The translations under genes were made by a program, and so were the position numbers. Below are positions 38,911-49,302 of a DNA stretch of 64,000 nt, in pieces (positions within the stretch are counted from its first letter, which is position 1; each line of letters begins with the position of its first letter). The notes beneath the pieces are model-generated. The model was not told where the DNA came from, did not search any database, and saw only the letters and a program-made list of their open reading frames with translations. This stretch comes from Frankiaceae bacterium (GTDB lineage: Bacteria > Actinomycetota > Actinomycetes > JAFAQI01): assembly GCA_019239875.1 (NCBI GenBank), contig JAFAZI010000031.1:9233-73232 (forward strand). Reading direction: 5' to 3'.

Positions 38911-40112
38911 GGCGGTTCAGGACAACTGGTGTTGCGGCGAGCGCGTTGCTACTCGCAGTCGCGGTGGCGGCGTGCGGATCGAGCAGCTCAGGCAGCAGCT
39001 CAGGGGGAGGCGGCGGTCCGAGTGGACTCACTGCGCCGACCGCCGACCTGCCTGTGCCGACGTCGATCGGCACGGGCGAGGGTCAGCTCAACCTGATCGC
39101 CTGGGAGGGCTACACCCAGCCGCTGTGGGTGAAGCCGTTCGAGCAGAAGACCGGCTGCCAGGTGCGTGCGAAATACGCCGGCTCCTCGAGTGAGATGGTG
39201 TCGCTCCTGGCTGACGGAGGCGGCGGCCAGTACGACATGGTGTCGGCGTCGGGCGACGCCGATCTGCGGTTGATCTATGCCGGTGATGTGCGGCCGATCA
39301 ATCCCGATCTCGTGCCGCAGATCAAGAACTTCCACAGCTTCCTGCAGGCGCCGGCGTTCAACACCATCGACGGCAAGCACTACGGCACCTCGTTGCAGTT
39401 CGGACCGAACGTCCTGCTCTACAACACGGACGACTTCAGTACGGCGCCCACATCGTGGTCGACGATCTACGACAAGAAGTACTCCGGCAAGATCTCGGTG
39501 CCGGACAACCCCATCCAGATCGCGGATGCGGCGCTCTACCTGTCCAAGACTCAGCCGGACCTCGGCATCACGGATCCCTACGAGCTCACGCAACCGCAGT
39601 TCGACGCATCGGTCAATCTGCTCAAGCAACAGCAGCCGTTGGTCAAGAAGTACTGGGGCCTTGCGTCGCAAGAGGTCTCGCTGTTCAAGACCGGCTCGGC
39701 GACCATCGGTGCTGCGTGGCCGTACCAGACGTCGTTGCTGCTCGACGCTAAGGCGCCCGTCGCCGACACGATTCCCAAGGAGGGTGCGACCGGCTGGGCC
39801 GACAGCTGGTTGATGGCGACGAAGGCCCCGCACACCAACTGCGCCTACATGTGGATGGACTACATCACGTCGCCGAAGGCGCAGGCGCTGCAGGCGACCT
39901 GGTATGGCGAGACCCCGGCGAACAAGCTGGCCTGCCCGATCATGGACAAGCTCGTCAAGGGCTCGTGCAGCGTCCTCCACGCCAACGCACCGCAGGCGTA
40001 CTACGACACCATCAAGTTCTGGAAGACCCCGCTCGCCCAATGTGGCAACGGCCAGAACAACTGCGTGCCGTACTCCAAGTGGACGACCGCCTGGACCACG
40101 ATCACCGGCTGA
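38907..40112 (+). CDS. Polyamine-type ABC substrate-binding lipoprotein (YdcS/PotD-like)
   Basis: Lipobox VAAC, GEGQLNLIAWEGY, ASGDA, PKEGATGWAD, FWKTP. Confidence 0.9.
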   Translation: MRRFRTTGVAASALLLAVAVAACGSSSSGSSSGGGGGPSGLTAPTADLPVPTSIGTGEGQLNLIAWEGYTQPLWVKPFEQKTGCQVRAKYAGSSSEMVSLLADGGGGQYDMVSASGDADLRLIYAGDVRPINPDLVPQIKNFHSFLQAPAFNTIDGKHYGTSLQFGPNVLLYNTDDFSTAPTSWSTIYDKKYSGKISVPDNPIQIADAALYLSKTQPDLGITDPYELTQPQFDASVNLLKQQQPLVKKYWGLASQEVSLFKTGSATIGAAWPYQTSLLLDAKAPVADTIPKEGATGWADSWLMATKAPHTNCAYMWMDYITSPKAQALQATWYGETPANKLACPIMDKLVKGSCSVLHANAPQAYYDTIKFWKTPLAQCGNGQNNCVPYSKWTTAWTTITG

Positions 40113-40120
40113 TCGGGTCG

Positions 40121-40990
40121 GTGGCGCGAGGAGTGAACAACGCACTGTGGCGGCGAGCGTGGTTGCGCGCGACGCTGACGCTTTCGCCGCCACTTGCGTG
40201 GTTCCTCGTCGTCTACCTGGCATCGCTGGTCGTGATGCTCGTGACGGCGTTCTGGACGCTGAACGACTTCACGAACCAGCTCGTGCAGAGCTGGAACCTC
40301 CAGAACTTCCGCGACCTGTTCTCCGAGCCCTATCCGCACATCATCGGCCGTACGGTCGGGCTGGCTGCTCTTGTCACGGTGACTGACATCGTCATCGCGC
40401 TGCCGTTCGCGTACTACATGGCTCGGGTGGCGACACCTCGGACGCGCAACTTGCTGTTCGCCGCTGTGCTGCTGCCGTTGTGGGCGAGCTATCTCGCGCG
40501 GGTCTATGCGTGGATCGTGATCTTGCAGAAGGGCGGCACCCTCGACTGGTCGTTCAGTAAGCTGGGGCTGGGTGCGCCAGACATCGGCTACAGCAACACC
40601 GCGTTGTGGATCGTCTTCAGCTACATCTGGTTGCCGTACATGATCATCCCGGTCTTCGGTGCCATGGAGCGGATCCCGAACAGCCTGCTCGAGGCGTCCG
40701 CCGACCTGGGAGCTCGCGGCGCTCGGACCACGTGGCGGGTGATCCTCCCGCTGGTCCTGCCGGGCATCGCGGCTGGCTCGATCTTCACGTTCTCGCTCAC
40801 CTTGGGTGACTTCATCACGCCGGTGCTGGTCGGTGGCGCCAGATCGAAGTTCATCGGCAACGTCATCTACGACAACATCGGCCTGGCCGGCAACCTGCCG
40901 TTCGCTGCGGCGCTCGCCGTCGTACCGATCGTGATCATGATCGTCTACCTGTCCGGCGCTCGGCTGCTCGGCGCGTTCCGGGAGCTGTGA
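40121..40990 (+). CDS. ABC permease (PotB-like)
   Basis: TM helices, LLEASADLGA, FTFSLTLGDF; start is 40121 or 40133. Confidence 0.9.
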   Translation: MARGVNNALWRRAWLRATLTLSPPLAWFLVVYLASLVVMLVTAFWTLNDFTNQLVQSWNLQNFRDLFSEPYPHIIGRTVGLAALVTVTDIVIALPFAYYMARVATPRTRNLLFAAVLLPLWASYLARVYAWIVILQKGGTLDWSFSKLGLGAPDIGYSNTALWIVFSYIWLPYMIIPVFGAMERIPNSLLEASADLGARGARTTWRVILPLVLPGIAAGSIFTFSLTLGDFITPVLVGGARSKFIGNVIYDNIGLAGNLPFAAALAVVPIVIMIVYLSGARLLGAFREL

Positions 40991-41778
40991 TGGAGCTCCG
41001 GTTGAGTCGGGTCGTGCTGCGGCTGTGGGTCGCAGCGGTGCTGCTCTTCCTCTTCGTGCCGATTGCGCTGGTGATCCTCTACGCGTTCAATGACTCAAGA
41101 ATCGAGACCTGGCCGATCGCGCACTACAGCACGAAGTGGTTCTCCGTCGCATGGCACGACCCAGAGGTCCGATCGTCATTGTGGCTGTCGTTCAAGGCCG
41201 GGTTGTTCGCATCCGCGATAGCGGTCGTGCTGGGTTCGGCAGCGGCATTCGGCGTCCACAAGTACCGGTTCTTCGGTCGTGAGGCGGTGTCGTTGCTTCT
41301 TGTGCTGCCGCTCGCCCTGCCCGGCATCATCACCGGCATCGCCTTGAAGTCGACGTTCGACTACGCGGGCATCGACCTGTCGCTGCTGACGATCATCATC
41401 GGCCACGCAACGTTCTGCATCGTGGTGGTCTACAACAACGTGGTTGCGCGGCTTCGACGGGTCTCGGGATCGTTGCTCGAGGCGTCCGCGGACCTCGGGG
41501 CGAAGCCGTGGCAGACCTTCCGGTATGTGACGCTCCCATCGATCTCCACCGCTGTGGTGTCGGGGGCGTTGCTCGCGTTCGCGCTCTCCTTCGACGAGGT
41601 GATCGTCACGACCTTTACTGCAGGGGCGCAGAACACGCTGCCGTTGTGGATCTTCGGTGCGATCCGACTCGGGCAGCAGCTTCCCGAGGTCAACGTCGTC
41701 GTAGTCGGAGTGCTGATCCTCACGGTGATCCCGGTGGCCATCGCTGTCCGCCTCACCGGTCGCGCCGGCATTCGCTGA
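40990..41778 (+). CDS. ABC permease (PotC-like)
   Basis: LLEASADLGA, AFALSFDEVIVT, TLPLWI. Confidence 0.9.
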   Translation: MELRLSRVVLRLWVAAVLLFLFVPIALVILYAFNDSRIETWPIAHYSTKWFSVAWHDPEVRSSLWLSFKAGLFASAIAVVLGSAAAFGVHKYRFFGREAVSLLLVLPLALPGIITGIALKSTFDYAGIDLSLLTIIIGHATFCIVVVYNNVVARLRRVSGSLLEASADLGAKPWQTFRYVTLPSISTAVVSGALLAFALSFDEVIVTTFTAGAQNTLPLWIFGAIRLGQQLPEVNVVVVGVLILTVIPVAIAVRLTGRAGIR

Positions 41779-41830
41779 GACTGCGCGCGCGCGGGCGTTC
41801 GGGTGGTGCATTTCACGCTATGAAGTTCGC

Positions 41831-42133
41831 ATGATCATCATCACCTTGAAGGCCAAGCTGAACGACGCGCATCGCGACGAGGCGATCGCGGCCGCGAAGA
41901 AGATGAGCGCGCATTCACTGACCGAGGCCGGCTGCATCGACTACCGCTTCTGGGCATCGGTCGACGACCCGTCATCGTTCCTCCTGCTCGAGCAGTGGGA
42001 GGACCAGGCGTCGATCGACGCACACATGGGCACGCCGCAGATGGCGGAGTTCGCCGCTGCCCTCGGCCCCGCCCTGGACGGCGGCATGGAGGCCCTCAAG
42101 CACGAGGTAACGAGCTCGGGACCGCTCTTCTAG
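41831..42133 (+). CDS. ABM-family (putative quinol) monooxygenase
   Basis: EAGCIDY, LEQWED..IDAHM.TP. Confidence 0.85.
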   Translation: MIIITLKAKLNDAHRDEAIAAAKKMSAHSLTEAGCIDYRFWASVDDPSSFLLLEQWEDQASIDAHMGTPQMAEFAAALGPALDGGMEALKHEVTSSGPLF

Positions 42134-42143
42134 CACCAGTCGG

Positions 42144-42812
42144 TCAGAGGTCGAGGGTCGTCGTCGCGCTCGGGATGTTCTGGCGCGCCAGGATCTTTGC
42201 CTTCGTCCGTACTAGGAGCTCCCGGGGTACGACGGCGATGTCCGCGGCCATCGCCTCGGCGGCGGCGATCAGCTCGTCAGGTGGGACCACCTGGTTCACC
42301 AGCCCGATGCTCCGCGCCTCGCCCGCCGACACGACTCGTCCCGTCAGGACGAGCTCGCGCGCGACGGCGCCACCGACCAGATCGTGCAGCGGCGCATAGA
42401 CGACGTCACCGAACGTGCGTTCCGGGTGGGCGAAGCGCGCCGTCTCCGATGCGATCCGGAGGTCGCACATGACGGCCAGATCTAACCCGCCGGCGAGTGC
42501 TGCGCCGTTGACGGCCGCGATCACCGGGACCGGGAAGTGCAGCATGCCGCGGTGGAACCGGTCGCTGGAGACCCACAGCCGCTCCTGGAAGCCGGGCTCG
42601 TCAACCGTGAACTCTCGGAGATCGAAGCCGGCACTGAATGTGTCACCCCTGCCGGTCACGATCACGCACCTGGTCGACTCGTCATCGCGGAGGTCGTCCA
42701 GGGCATCGCTGAACAGGTCCCGAAGCGCGATCGACAAGGCGTTCTTCTTGTCGGGACGGTTCAGCGCGATGGTCGCGACGGGACCGTCACGCGCGACTTC
42801 GACCTCCGCCAT
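42144..42812 (-). CDS. Enoyl-CoA hydratase/isomerase
   Basis: LNRPDKKNAL, FSAGFDL, AAVNGAALAGG, HPE. Confidence 0.9.
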   Translation of the reverse strand: MAEVEVARDGPVATIALNRPDKKNALSIALRDLFSDALDDLRDDESTRCVIVTGRGDTFSAGFDLREFTVDEPGFQERLWVSSDRFHRGMLHFPVPVIAAVNGAALAGGLDLAVMCDLRIASETARFAHPERTFGDVVYAPLHDLVGGAVARELVLTGRVVSAGEARSIGLVNQVVPPDELIAAAEAMAADIAVVPRELLVRTKAKILARQNIPSATTTLDL

Positions 42813-42823
42813 CGCTGGAACAG

Positions 42824-43732
42824 CTACGAGCGCGTGCCTGCCATGGACGCGTTCGGTGCGGCGTCGGCGACCAGGTTCGGGACGACCTCTCCGAGCTCAC
42901 CCGGCAGCCAGCGCTCGGTGCGCTCGGCGCTCGGACCGTAGACCCAGCCCTCGCCGACCGAGATCTTGTTCCCGGTGACGCCGAACACCCGCCCGGTGAT
43001 GCCGCTGGCCTCAGCGCTGCCGAGCCACACGACCAGCGGCGAGATGTTCTCGGGGGCGAGCGCCTCTTTCATCGCGTCATCGGCGCCGTCGAAGCCACCG
43101 AGGTCCTCAGTCATCCGGGTGAGAGCTGTGGGTGCGATGGCGTTGACGGTGACGCCGTATCGAGCCAGTTCGCCGGCGGCGATGATCGTGAAGGCGGCGA
43201 TACCCGCCTTGGCCGCGCCGTAGTTGGTCTGCCCGAGATTGCCGAAGATGCCGGACGGCGAGGACGTGTTGATGATGCGAGCGTCGGGCTGGTTGCCGGC
43301 CTTCGACTGCTCACGCCAGTAGGCGGCCGCGAAATGCGCCGGCGCGAAGGTGCCTTTGAGATGCACTTTGATGACGGCGTCCCACTCCGCTTCGGACATG
43401 TTCGTGAGCATCCGGTCGCGGAGGATCCCCGCATTGTTGACGACGACGTCGATGCCCCCGAAGGTGTCGATCGCGGTCTGGATCAGGCTCTCAGCGCCCT
43501 CCCAGCTGGAGATGTCCTCGGTGTGCGCGACGGCTTCGCCGCCCGCTGCCGTGATCTCGTCCACGACTGCCTGGGCGGGTCCTGCCGAACCGCCGGTACC
43601 GTCACGAGCGCCACCGAGGTCGTTGACGACGACCTTGGCGCCTTCCTGTGCAAACAGCAGTGCGTGCGCTCGGCCGATTCCGTTGCCCGCGCCGGTCACC
43701 GCGACGATCCGCCCGTCGACTACGCCCTTCAT
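42824..43732 (-). CDS. SDR oxidoreductase (hydroxyacyl-CoA dehydrogenase-like)
   Basis: TGAGNGIG, NNAGILRD, NYGAAK. Confidence 0.93.
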   Translation of the reverse strand: MKGVVDGRIVAVTGAGNGIGRAHALLFAQEGAKVVVNDLGGARDGTGGSAGPAQAVVDEITAAGGEAVAHTEDISSWEGAESLIQTAIDTFGGIDVVVNNAGILRDRMLTNMSEAEWDAVIKVHLKGTFAPAHFAAAYWREQSKAGNQPDARIINTSSPSGIFGNLGQTNYGAAKAGIAAFTIIAAGELARYGVTVNAIAPTALTRMTEDLGGFDGADDAMKEALAPENISPLVVWLGSAEASGITGRVFGVTGNKISVGEGWVYGPSAERTERWLPGELGEVVPNLVADAAPNASMAGTRS

Positions 43733-43834
43733 CGGCTTCGCTCTCCTCCCGTCGTGAGGCGCCGCTCAGGCATCGGCCCGTGCGGGTACACGACCTGACC
43801 TCAACGCGGGAGCGTATCCACCCCCGGCCGCCCA

Positions 43835-44161
43835 TCAGCGGCCGACGGCACGTTCCAACTCGGCCTTGCTCATCGATGACCGGCCGCGGATGTTCTTTGC
43901 CTTGGCCTCGGCGTACAGCTGGGCCTTCGTCCGGCCGCCCGGGCCCTTGTGCGAGCGGAGTCCGCCGCGTCGCCCGGAGGAGATGTCGTCGATCGACGTT
44001 CGACTCGCCTGCCGTGCTTCACCGGCTCTTGCGCGCTCCTTGTTCACTGTCCGCGCCGCGATCTCCTCGGCCTCGGACTCGGAGCGACCGCGCTCCTCCA
44101 ACCCTTCCTTGATGTGCTCGTACTGACGTTCGCGCTTGCGGTTCCAGCTGCGTGGTGGCAT
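43835..44161 (-). CDS. Small basic conserved protein with Rho_N-like C-terminus
   Basis: KRERQYEHIK, EEIAARTVNKERAR, RTKAQLYAEAK..IRGRSSMSKAEL. Confidence 0.82.
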   Translation of the reverse strand: MPPRSWNRKRERQYEHIKEGLEERGRSESEAEEIAARTVNKERARAGEARQASRTSIDDISSGRRGGLRSHKGPGGRTKAQLYAEAKAKNIRGRSSMSKAELERAVGR

Positions 44162-44239
44162 GGCTATCTGGTTCCCCCGATGTGGTCCGCTACGCACGGC
44201 ATTAGGTTGGGATCGAACCTTCGAACGGATGGACGCAGG

Positions 44240-45112
44240 ATGAAACTCGGCGTGCATGTCTCCCAGTTCACCTGGCCCGGCGGGCCGGCAACGATGGCGT
44301 CGGACCTGACGCGGATCGCAACCGCGACCGACGAGCTCGGCTTCGACAAGCTCAGCGTGATGGACCACGTGTGGCAGATCCTCCATCTCGGGCCGCCCGA
44401 GCACGACATGCTCGAGGCCTACACGACCCTTGGCTACCTCGCCGCTCGGACCTCCCGGGTGAAGCTGCTCGCCTGGGTGACGGCAGTCGTCTACCGCGAT
44501 CCCGGGCTGCTTGCCAAGGCGGTCACCACTCTCGACGTGCTGTCCGAGGGGCGTGCCTACCTCGGGATCGGTGCCGCTTGGAACGAGCCGGAAGCCAAGG
44601 GTCTCGGCTTGTTCTTCCCGCCGCTTGCCGAGCGATACGAGCGGCTCGAGGAGACGCTGCAGATCATGATGGAGATGTGGAGCGATCGTGACGCGGCGTA
44701 CCACGGTCAGCACTACACGCTGGAGCGCACGCTCAACTCACCGCAGGCGCTGTCCTCGCCACATCCGCCGATCCTGATCGGTGGCGGCGGCGAGAAGAAG
44801 ACGCTGCGGCTGGTCGCCAAGTACGCCCAGGCGTGCAACCTGTTCGCGTCTCCTGATCTCGGTCACAAGCTCGACGTGCTGCGAGCTCATTGCGAGGACG
44901 TTGGTCGCGACTACGACGAGATCGAGAAGACGGTGATGGGCCCGCTCGATCCTGGCGCCGATGGATCTGGCGTCGGTGACTTGATCGACTCGATGCGCGG
45001 GATGGCTGATCTCGGCATCACGCACTACCACGGCACCGTGCCGAATGTCGTCGCGATCAAACCGCTCGAGATCCTCGCCGAGCAGGTCATGCCGGTCGTC
45101 GCCGACCTCTGA
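44240..45112 (+). CDS. LLM-class F420-dependent oxidoreductase
   Basis: VMDHVWQI, EAYTTLGYLA, LGIGAAW, PILIGGGGEKKTL. Confidence 0.92.
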   Translation: MKLGVHVSQFTWPGGPATMASDLTRIATATDELGFDKLSVMDHVWQILHLGPPEHDMLEAYTTLGYLAARTSRVKLLAWVTAVVYRDPGLLAKAVTTLDVLSEGRAYLGIGAAWNEPEAKGLGLFFPPLAERYERLEETLQIMMEMWSDRDAAYHGQHYTLERTLNSPQALSSPHPPILIGGGGEKKTLRLVAKYAQACNLFASPDLGHKLDVLRAHCEDVGRDYDEIEKTVMGPLDPGADGSGVGDLIDSMRGMADLGITHYHGTVPNVVAIKPLEILAEQVMPVVADL

Positions 45113-46080
45113 TGTCCAACCTCGAGACCGCTCCGGACATCGCCGTCCGTGGTGGCACGTCGGAGGTCGCGGCGAACCCGGTGCGGGAGATCTTCGCCGG
45201 CAAGGAGGTGACGCTCGGCGGCGACACCGTCGTACGACGGCTGCTCCCGAACCTCGGCCGACGCATGGTCGGGCCGTGGTGCTTCATCGATCACTACGGC
45301 CCCGATGACATCTCGGCGCGCGCCGGGATGGCGGTGCCGCCGCATCCCCATATCGGGTTGCAGACGGTCAGCTGGCTGCTCGACGGCGAGGTCCATCATC
45401 GGGACAGCATCGGAAGCGATCAGCTGATCCGCCCCGGCGAGCTCGGGCTGATGACGGCGGGGGCAGGCATCGCGCACGCGGAGCACTCACCCGTCGCGCA
45501 TCCGGCGCTGCTCCACGGCGTTCAGCTGTGGGTTGCCCTGCCCGAGGCCAGTCGCGCCACCGCCCCCGCTTGGCAGCATCACTCGCGGCTCCCGCGCCTG
45601 GACATCGCCGGCTTGTCTGCCACGGTCATCTTGGGCGACGTCGAGGGTGAGCGATCACCTGGCAAGACCTTCGCACCGATCGTGGGGCTGGACGTCACGC
45701 TGCCTCCCGGCGGTGGCGGCCGGCTTCCGCTCGAGGCCGAGTTCGAGTACGCCGCACTTGTGATGTCAGGGGGGATGGAGGCTGACGGGGTCGCGCTCGC
45801 ACCGGGGTCGATGCTCTACCTGGGGTGCGGCCGCAACGACCTGCGCCTCGCGAGCGACGCAGGGGCGCGGGTACTCGTACTCGGCGGCCAACCGTTCGAG
45901 GAACGCATCGTCATGTGGTGGAACTTCGTCGCGAGATCCGGTGACGAGATCGCTGCGGCACGGGAGGACTGGATGGCAGGGGATCGCTTCGGCGAGGTCA
46001 GTGATGCTGGCGCCCGCACGCCCGCGCCTGCGCTGCCGTCCGGCACGCTGAAACCGCGCGGGCGCGTCCGCGACCAGTAG
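45112..46080 (+). CDS. Pirin family protein
   Basis: GPWCFIDH, PHPHIGLQTV, MTAGAGIAHAE, QLWVALP, WWNFV. Confidence 0.94.
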   Translation: MSNLETAPDIAVRGGTSEVAANPVREIFAGKEVTLGGDTVVRRLLPNLGRRMVGPWCFIDHYGPDDISARAGMAVPPHPHIGLQTVSWLLDGEVHHRDSIGSDQLIRPGELGLMTAGAGIAHAEHSPVAHPALLHGVQLWVALPEASRATAPAWQHHSRLPRLDIAGLSATVILGDVEGERSPGKTFAPIVGLDVTLPPGGGGRLPLEAEFEYAALVMSGGMEADGVALAPGSMLYLGCGRNDLRLASDAGARVLVLGGQPFEERIVMWWNFVARSGDEIAAAREDWMAGDRFGEVSDAGARTPAPALPSGTLKPRGRVRDQ

Positions 46081-46089
46081 TGCGGCCAG

Positions 46090-46731
46090 TCAGGACGGCT
46101 GGTGGATGAACTGGCTGTGCTTGCGGTCGTACGCCATCGTGGTCGTGTAACCGCCGTCGGATCCCTGGCCCATCGAGCTGATCGTGATGCGATGGTGGGC
46201 GAGCACGTCTTCGACGTACGCAACGTGGCCGCCGGCGCTCGCTGTATAGGTGACGCCGTCGCTGGTCGTGCCCATGTCAGCGTTTCGCCCCCACGAGGCG
46301 ATGTCGCCGACGGCAGGAGCGTGGTTCACCGTGTACCCGGCCTTCTTGGCGTCGACGGCGATCCGCCAGGCGCCCGGATGCTTCGAGGAGTAGCCGTACT
46401 TCCAGACTGCGTTGACCCAGACGTCCGGGCGTTTCTCGGCGGCCCAGTACGCGCAGTTGTAGTACGGCGTCTCCGTGGCACCAGCGCCCTCGGTGTTGCA
46501 GGGGTCGAGCGGGACGTGCCACGGACCGGTGCCCTTGGGGGTGCGGTTGTACTTCGACGGCTTGTCGCCGGTCGAACTCGGCGACGTGCACTCGTCGTCC
46601 TCGTGACTCGCCGCCTGATGTGTCGTGCCTCGCGCAACCGCAGCCTGCCCGGCTGCGGCCGACGGGACCAGCGCTCCCGCGCAGACGGCGGCCGCCGCCG
46701 AGGTGAGGACGGTCAGTCGACGTGCACGCAT
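46090..46731 (-). CDS. Secreted CHAP-domain (Cys/His) peptidoglycan hydrolase
   Basis: Signal peptide; NCAYWA (Cys), PAVGDIA, GHVAYVE (His). Confidence 0.82.
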   Translation of the reverse strand: MRARRLTVLTSAAAAVCAGALVPSAAAGQAAVARGTTHQAASHEDDECTSPSSTGDKPSKYNRTPKGTGPWHVPLDPCNTEGAGATETPYYNCAYWAAEKRPDVWVNAVWKYGYSSKHPGAWRIAVDAKKAGYTVNHAPAVGDIASWGRNADMGTTSDGVTYTASAGGHVAYVEDVLAHHRITISSMGQGSDGGYTTTMAYDRKHSQFIHQPS

Positions 46732-47042
46732 GCTTTGAGCTCCCGATGTCCACCCCGGCCGCGTGGCGCGGCAACTGCACGATCACCTCAAGAATCGACG
46801 CTCGCGAACCCCCGCTTGAGTGCTCCAAATGGCGGCAAGTTCTTGCGTGAGCCAAGTATCTGTTTGGTGCCGATCGTTCCGGCGCGCCCGCTCGATGAGT
46901 TCCGCTGCCGGGATCCGTCACCCAAGTGCGAGATGCTCCGTGTCGACTGTGACGAACAAAACTCAGTCGATCTGGCGGGGTCGTGGTGATTGGCTGCTAG
47001 GCAGGAGAAGACGTTGCGGATCAGGTCGTTCAAGAGGGGGTC

Positions 47043-49172
47043 ATGGTCGTGAGGCGGATCGCGGAGTTCGTGCTGCGGCACCGGCGCTGGGTGCTCGTAG
47101 CGTGGTTGCTGACGATCGTGATCGGCGGAGCGTTGGTGCAGAAGACCAATGACCGGCTGGTCATCGACTTCTCGCTCCCTGGTCAGCCCGGCACCGAGAC
47201 CGCCAACCAGATCGACCAGGAGTTCCATGCCGGCGGCAAGACGGCGCCCTACGTCCTGACCGTGACGATGCCGCAGGGCCAGACCGTCAGCGGGAACGAG
47301 CAAGCCATCGGCAAGACCTTCGCGTCGATTCAGCAAGACGTGCCAGACGTCCGGGTGCTCGACGAGGCGAACACCGCAGACAAGGCGTTCCGCACGAGCG
47401 ATGACCGTACGGCGTACGCACTCGTGTTCTACCGATTCCTCCATGACCCGACGGCATCGTTCCCGACCGACAACTTGAGGACCAAGCTGAAGGCGGCTGC
47501 GCCGCCCGGCGCCACCATCGGGGTGACCGGCGAGGATGCGCTGGCCTCGGGTGGCGACAGTGGCGGTAATGGCGTGCTCGCGGAGGTCTTCCTCGGCGGA
47601 CTGGGTGCCCTCATCGTCCTCGCGTTCGTCTTCGCTTCGCTGCTGGCGCTGCTGCCGCTTCTGGTCGCGATCTGCTCGATCGTCGCGACCTTCCTGCTGC
47701 TGCTGCCGCTCACGTATCTGACCGATGTGTCGTTCATCGTCGAGTTCCTCGTCGCACTGATCGGACTCGGTGTGGCGATCGACTACTCGCTGATCCTGGT
47801 GACGCGGTGGCGGGAGGAGCGGGACCACGGCCGTGACAATCACGACGCCGTCGTCGTGGCGATGGAGACCGCCGGACGGGCGGTGGTGTTCAGCGGGTTC
47901 ACGGTCGCCATCGGCCTGCTGGCCCTCGTCGTGCTTCCCGTGCCGTTCATGCGCAGCATCGGGATGGGCGGGGCACTCATCCCGCTCGCGAGCGTCCTCA
48001 CGACGCTGACCCTCACGCCGGCGATCCTCGGCGGCATCGGGCCGAAGGTCGACTGGCCGAAGATCCGTCACGAGAACCGGGCCAGCAAGTCATGGAGCCG
48101 CTGGGCACGCGGCGTCGTCAAGCACCGGATCGTCGCGGCGGGCGTGGCGTTCGTCGCGCTCGGGCTGCTCTTTGCCTCGTTCCTCGGCATCAAGATCGGC
48201 CTCGCGTCATCTGACTCGTTGTCGCATGGCGGTCCCGAGTACACCGCGCTCCAGCAGCTCAAGAGCGGGGGAGTCAGCACCGGCATCCTCACGCCGATGG
48301 AGATCCTCGTCGACACGCCGCAGGCGCAGACCGTCGCCGATCGGATCCGACAGATCGATGGTGTGGCACGCGTCGACGTCGCGACCGGCGATGGTCAGAC
48401 CGCGGGCGGTCACACGATCGTCACGGTGATCCCGAAGGAGGAGACCGCCAACTCCTCGTCAGTCGGTCCGGTCCGGGATGTCAAGGACGCCGTCGACGGG
48501 ATGCCGGGCGTGGTCGGGGTGGCCGGCGTCGGCGCCGACCAGATCGACTTCCTGAAGGCGGTGTACGGCAACTTCCCGTTGATGCTCGGGATCATCGCGT
48601 TGCTGACCTTCATCCTCTTGGCGCGCGCCTTCCGGTCGCTCGTGCTGCCGATCAAGGCGATCCTGCTGAACCTCGTGACGCTGGCCGCGACGCTGGGCTT
48701 CATGGTGTTGTTCTGGCAGTACGGCCATGGCTCGCAGGCGCTGTTCAACGTTCACGAGACCGGCGCGGTCACCTTCTGGATCCCGCTGATGGTCTTCGCG
48801 TTCCTCTTCGGGCTGTCGATGGACTACGAGGTGTTCATCCTGGCGCGGATCCGGGAGGAGTACACGAGGACCGGCGCGACGGACGACGCTGTGGTCGAAG
48901 GAATCGGTCGCACCGGTCGCCTCGTCACCAGTGCCGCACTGATCCTGTTCCTCGCGTTCGTCGCCCTCGCATCAGGACCGGGAACGGACTTGAAGACGTT
49001 CGCGACCGCGCTCGGGTTCGGCATCCTGCTCGACGCGACGATCGTGCGATCGATGCTGGTTCCGGCGCTGGTCTCGATGTTCGGCAACTGGAACTGGTAC
49101 ATGCCTGGCTGGCTGGCCAAGCTGCTCCGCGTCCCAGCGGTGGCGGCGCCCCAACCCGCCGTCGGCGACTAA
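47043..49172 (+). CDS. MMPL family transporter
   Basis: GLGVAIDYSL, AGRAVVFSG, FGLSMDYEVF, TGRLVTSAA, LDATIVR. Confidence 0.94.
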   Translation: MVVRRIAEFVLRHRRWVLVAWLLTIVIGGALVQKTNDRLVIDFSLPGQPGTETANQIDQEFHAGGKTAPYVLTVTMPQGQTVSGNEQAIGKTFASIQQDVPDVRVLDEANTADKAFRTSDDRTAYALVFYRFLHDPTASFPTDNLRTKLKAAAPPGATIGVTGEDALASGGDSGGNGVLAEVFLGGLGALIVLAFVFASLLALLPLLVAICSIVATFLLLLPLTYLTDVSFIVEFLVALIGLGVAIDYSLILVTRWREERDHGRDNHDAVVVAMETAGRAVVFSGFTVAIGLLALVVLPVPFMRSIGMGGALIPLASVLTTLTLTPAILGGIGPKVDWPKIRHENRASKSWSRWARGVVKHRIVAAGVAFVALGLLFASFLGIKIGLASSDSLSHGGPEYTALQQLKSGGVSTGILTPMEILVDTPQAQTVADRIRQIDGVARVDVATGDGQTAGGHTIVTVIPKEETANSSSVGPVRDVKDAVDGMPGVVGVAGVGADQIDFLKAVYGNFPLMLGIIALLTFILLARAFRSLVLPIKAILLNLVTLAATLGFMVLFWQYGHGSQALFNVHETGAVTFWIPLMVFAFLFGLSMDYEVFILARIREEYTRTGATDDAVVEGIGRTGRLVTSAALILFLAFVALASGPGTDLKTFATALGFGILLDATIVRSMLVPALVSMFGNWNWYMPGWLAKLLRVPAVAAPQPAVGD

Positions 49173-49198
49173 CCCGACGCCGCCGGCGCAGGAGGCTT

Positions 49199-49240
49199 TG
49201 TGCTGCGTGAGCTACCTCGCGAGGTAGGTCGCGCAGCACA
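49199..49240. terminator. Strong hairpin downstream of the MMPL gene
   Basis: TGTGCTGCG..CTACCTC-GC-GAGGTAG..CGCAGCACA inverted repeat, no U-tract. Confidence 0.55.
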
Positions 49241-49258
49241 GCTCTGACCAGCCACTTG

Positions 49259-49274
49259 CAGGCAGGCTTGCCTG
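49259..49274. promoter_or_regulatory. Candidate TetR operator
   Basis: CAGGCA-N4-TGCCTG perfect palindrome upstream of CATCAT-N6-ATG. Confidence 0.6.
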
Positions 49275-49302
49275 TTTGTTGATTTGGGGCCATCATGCCC
49301 TG

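Noticed and set aside
43835-44161. Plasmid-stability or toxin-antitoxin gene
   Set aside because: No RelE/ParE features and no partner gene; chromosomal context
46732-47042. c-di-AMP (ydaO) riboswitch upstream of the CHAP gene
   Set aside because: I could not find the conserved GAAUCC and CCCGUCAGCUAAC segments on the minus strand
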